25,482 bases of DNA from a virus (Duplodnaviria > Caudoviricetes), in IMG/VR virus record IMGVR_UViG_3300033407_000100, positions 1-25,482 of that record; one strand, given 5' to 3'. Position numbers and translations under genes: made by a program. Below the pieces are notes generated by a model. The model had not been told where the DNA came from. It did no database searches and was given only the letters and a program-made list of their open reading frames with translations. Below, one piece after another: positions 24,350 to 25,482 of the stretch. The first letter of the stretch is position 1; every line of letters begins with the position of its first letter.

Positions 24350-25317
24350 CCGTACTTCACCAGGTACGCGTGCAGCCCGGGCTCGCAGTGGATATACCCG
24401 CGCGTCGTCCGCGCGTGCCGGTGACGCAGGAGCCGCTGGGCCACCTGCTCGCCGGCGATCGACGAGCACTCCGTGCACGCCAGGTGCCGCAGCTGGTGCG
24501 CTGACCACGGCCGCCGGATCGCGCTCGCCGCGAGTGCCCGCTGCACGCCGCGGCGGATCGCCTGGGTCAGCGTGCACGACGAGTACGCGCCCCCACGAGC
24601 CGTCCGGAACACGTGCAGGCCCGGGCGAAGGTGCCGCTGGACGATCTCCGACGCGAGCGGGCCCATCGCGATCGCCGTCTCGTGGCCGCGCCAGGACGTC
24701 TTGTGCTGGTCCGGCGTGGCGAACAGCAGACCGTCGACACGCTCGATCTGGGCGGCGTGCAGGCCCGCGGCCTCGCCGGCACGCGCCCCGGTCAGACGCA
24801 GCCACCGCACCGCGTCGCCGGCGACGCCGGGCAGGTACGGCAGCGACCCGTCGACGTCCGACGGGTCGGCGGCGCCGACCGGCGGCCGGCGCGTCGTGCC
24901 GTCCTGGGTCGGCCGCACGGCCGGCAGGGCCTTCAGCGCCGCCAGGCGGTCCGGCGCGAGCAGCTCCATCGACACGGCCCAGCGCGCCATGCCGCGGACC
25001 CACGCGATCCGGTCGTTGATCGTCCGGACGCTCAGGCCACGCCGGGCCAGCGCCAGCTGCACGACACGCAGGTGCCGCGCGCCCAGCTCGGTCGCCGGCA
25101 GGTCCCCGTAGAGATCCCGCAGCGGCCGCAGGGCGCTCGTGACGTTCTTGCCGGTGTTGTTGGCCTCGCGTGGCCGGGCCGAACAGCGCGCGCGAACGGA
25201 GGCGAGGTATGATGCGGCCAGCTCGTCGACGGTGACGACCCCGTTGGCGTCACGTCGCTCGACCAGGCCGGCCTCAGCCTCCAGCTCGCGGCGCAGATTG
25301 GACAGGTTTTCGAGCAT
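24346..25317 (-). CDS. int: Tyrosine recombinase / integrase
   Basis: Catalytic set: LTGAR (R), HKT (K), HQLRH (HxxR), LRH (H), TRGY (Y). ATG at 25317; an in-frame TTG lies at 25347. Confidence 0.93.
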   Translation of the reverse strand: MLENLSNLRRELEAEAGLVERRDANGVVTVDELAASYLASVRARCSARPREANNTGKNVTSALRPLRDLYGDLPATELGARHLRVVQLALARRGLSVRTINDRIAWVRGMARWAVSMELLAPDRLAALKALPAVRPTQDGTTRRPPVGAADPSDVDGSLPYLPGVAGDAVRWLRLTGARAGEAAGLHAAQIERVDGLLFATPDQHKTSWRGHETAIAMGPLASEIVQRHLRPGLHVFRTARGGAYSSCTLTQAIRRGVQRALAASAIRRPWSAHQLRHLACTECSSIAGEQVAQRLLRHRHARTTRGYIHCEPGLHAYLVKYG

Positions 25318-25337
25318 GACTTTGCAAGAGCGGTGGC

Positions 25338-25366
25338 AATTGAGCAAGGCCGGCCACCCCTGTCAA
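25338..25366 (-). promoter_or_regulatory. Candidate sigma70-type promoter for int
   Basis: TTGACA (25366-25361), 17-bp spacer ending TGC, then a weak -10 TCAATT (25343-25338). Confidence 0.4.
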
Positions 25367-25482
25367 GCCCATCGGCCCGCCAGGTCGCCGGCTGAACGTC
25401 ACGTAGTCCACGTGACGTTCACAGGCCCTTTTGACCCCGCCAGGGGCCTCTGAGCGTCACGTTGCCAACGTGAAAGTCGAGG
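25349..25482 (+). repeat. Right terminal direct repeat (att-like)
   Basis: Copy of 1-134; lies 31 bp upstream of the int ATG. Confidence 0.93.

Larger units (their letters stand above)
1..25482 (-). mobile_element. Temperate siphovirus-like phage/prophage, apparently complete, probably of a Planctomycetota host
   Basis: Terminal direct repeats, integrase, replication initiator, terminase, portal, capsid, tail tube and tape measure in canonical order on one strand. Host guess is from remembered resemblance of the terminase and tail proteins, not a search. Confidence 0.93.

Overview
The window is one apparently complete, very GC-rich temperate tailed-phage element of about 25.35 kb. It is bounded by a direct repeat (1-134 / 25349-25482, first 126 bp identical) next to a tyrosine integrase. 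Almost all genes lie on the minus strand and are coupled by ATGA/GTGA overlaps. Order of transcription: integrase, membrane ORF, wHTH replication initiator with an internal 5x23-bp iteron array, HNH nuclease with a cosQ-like site, large terminase, Zn-ribbon protein, gpW-like adaptor, lambda-type portal, protease-capsid fusion, two DUF2190-like proteins, head closure, holin-like protein, tail terminator, tail tube, chaperone pair, lipoprotein, 300-aa unknown, gp10-like protein, tape measure and tail-tip proteins. These are followed by a SAM methyltransferase, a CstII/Maf-like glycosyltransferase, a Ser/Gly-rich protein with a Hint (intein-like) domain, and an 854-aa candidate receptor-binding protein. 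The structural proteins resemble, from memory rather than a search, Planctomycetota (Phycisphaerae-like) prophages. The most interesting signal is the methyltransferase + glycosyltransferase + self-processing Ser-rich Hint cassette in the tail operon, a candidate virion glyco-decoration system. Also notable are the att-like repeat with twin palindromic cores, a possible unimolecular spanin, and the lack of a recognisable repressor, small terminase or endolysin. All family assignments are by eye; no searches were run.
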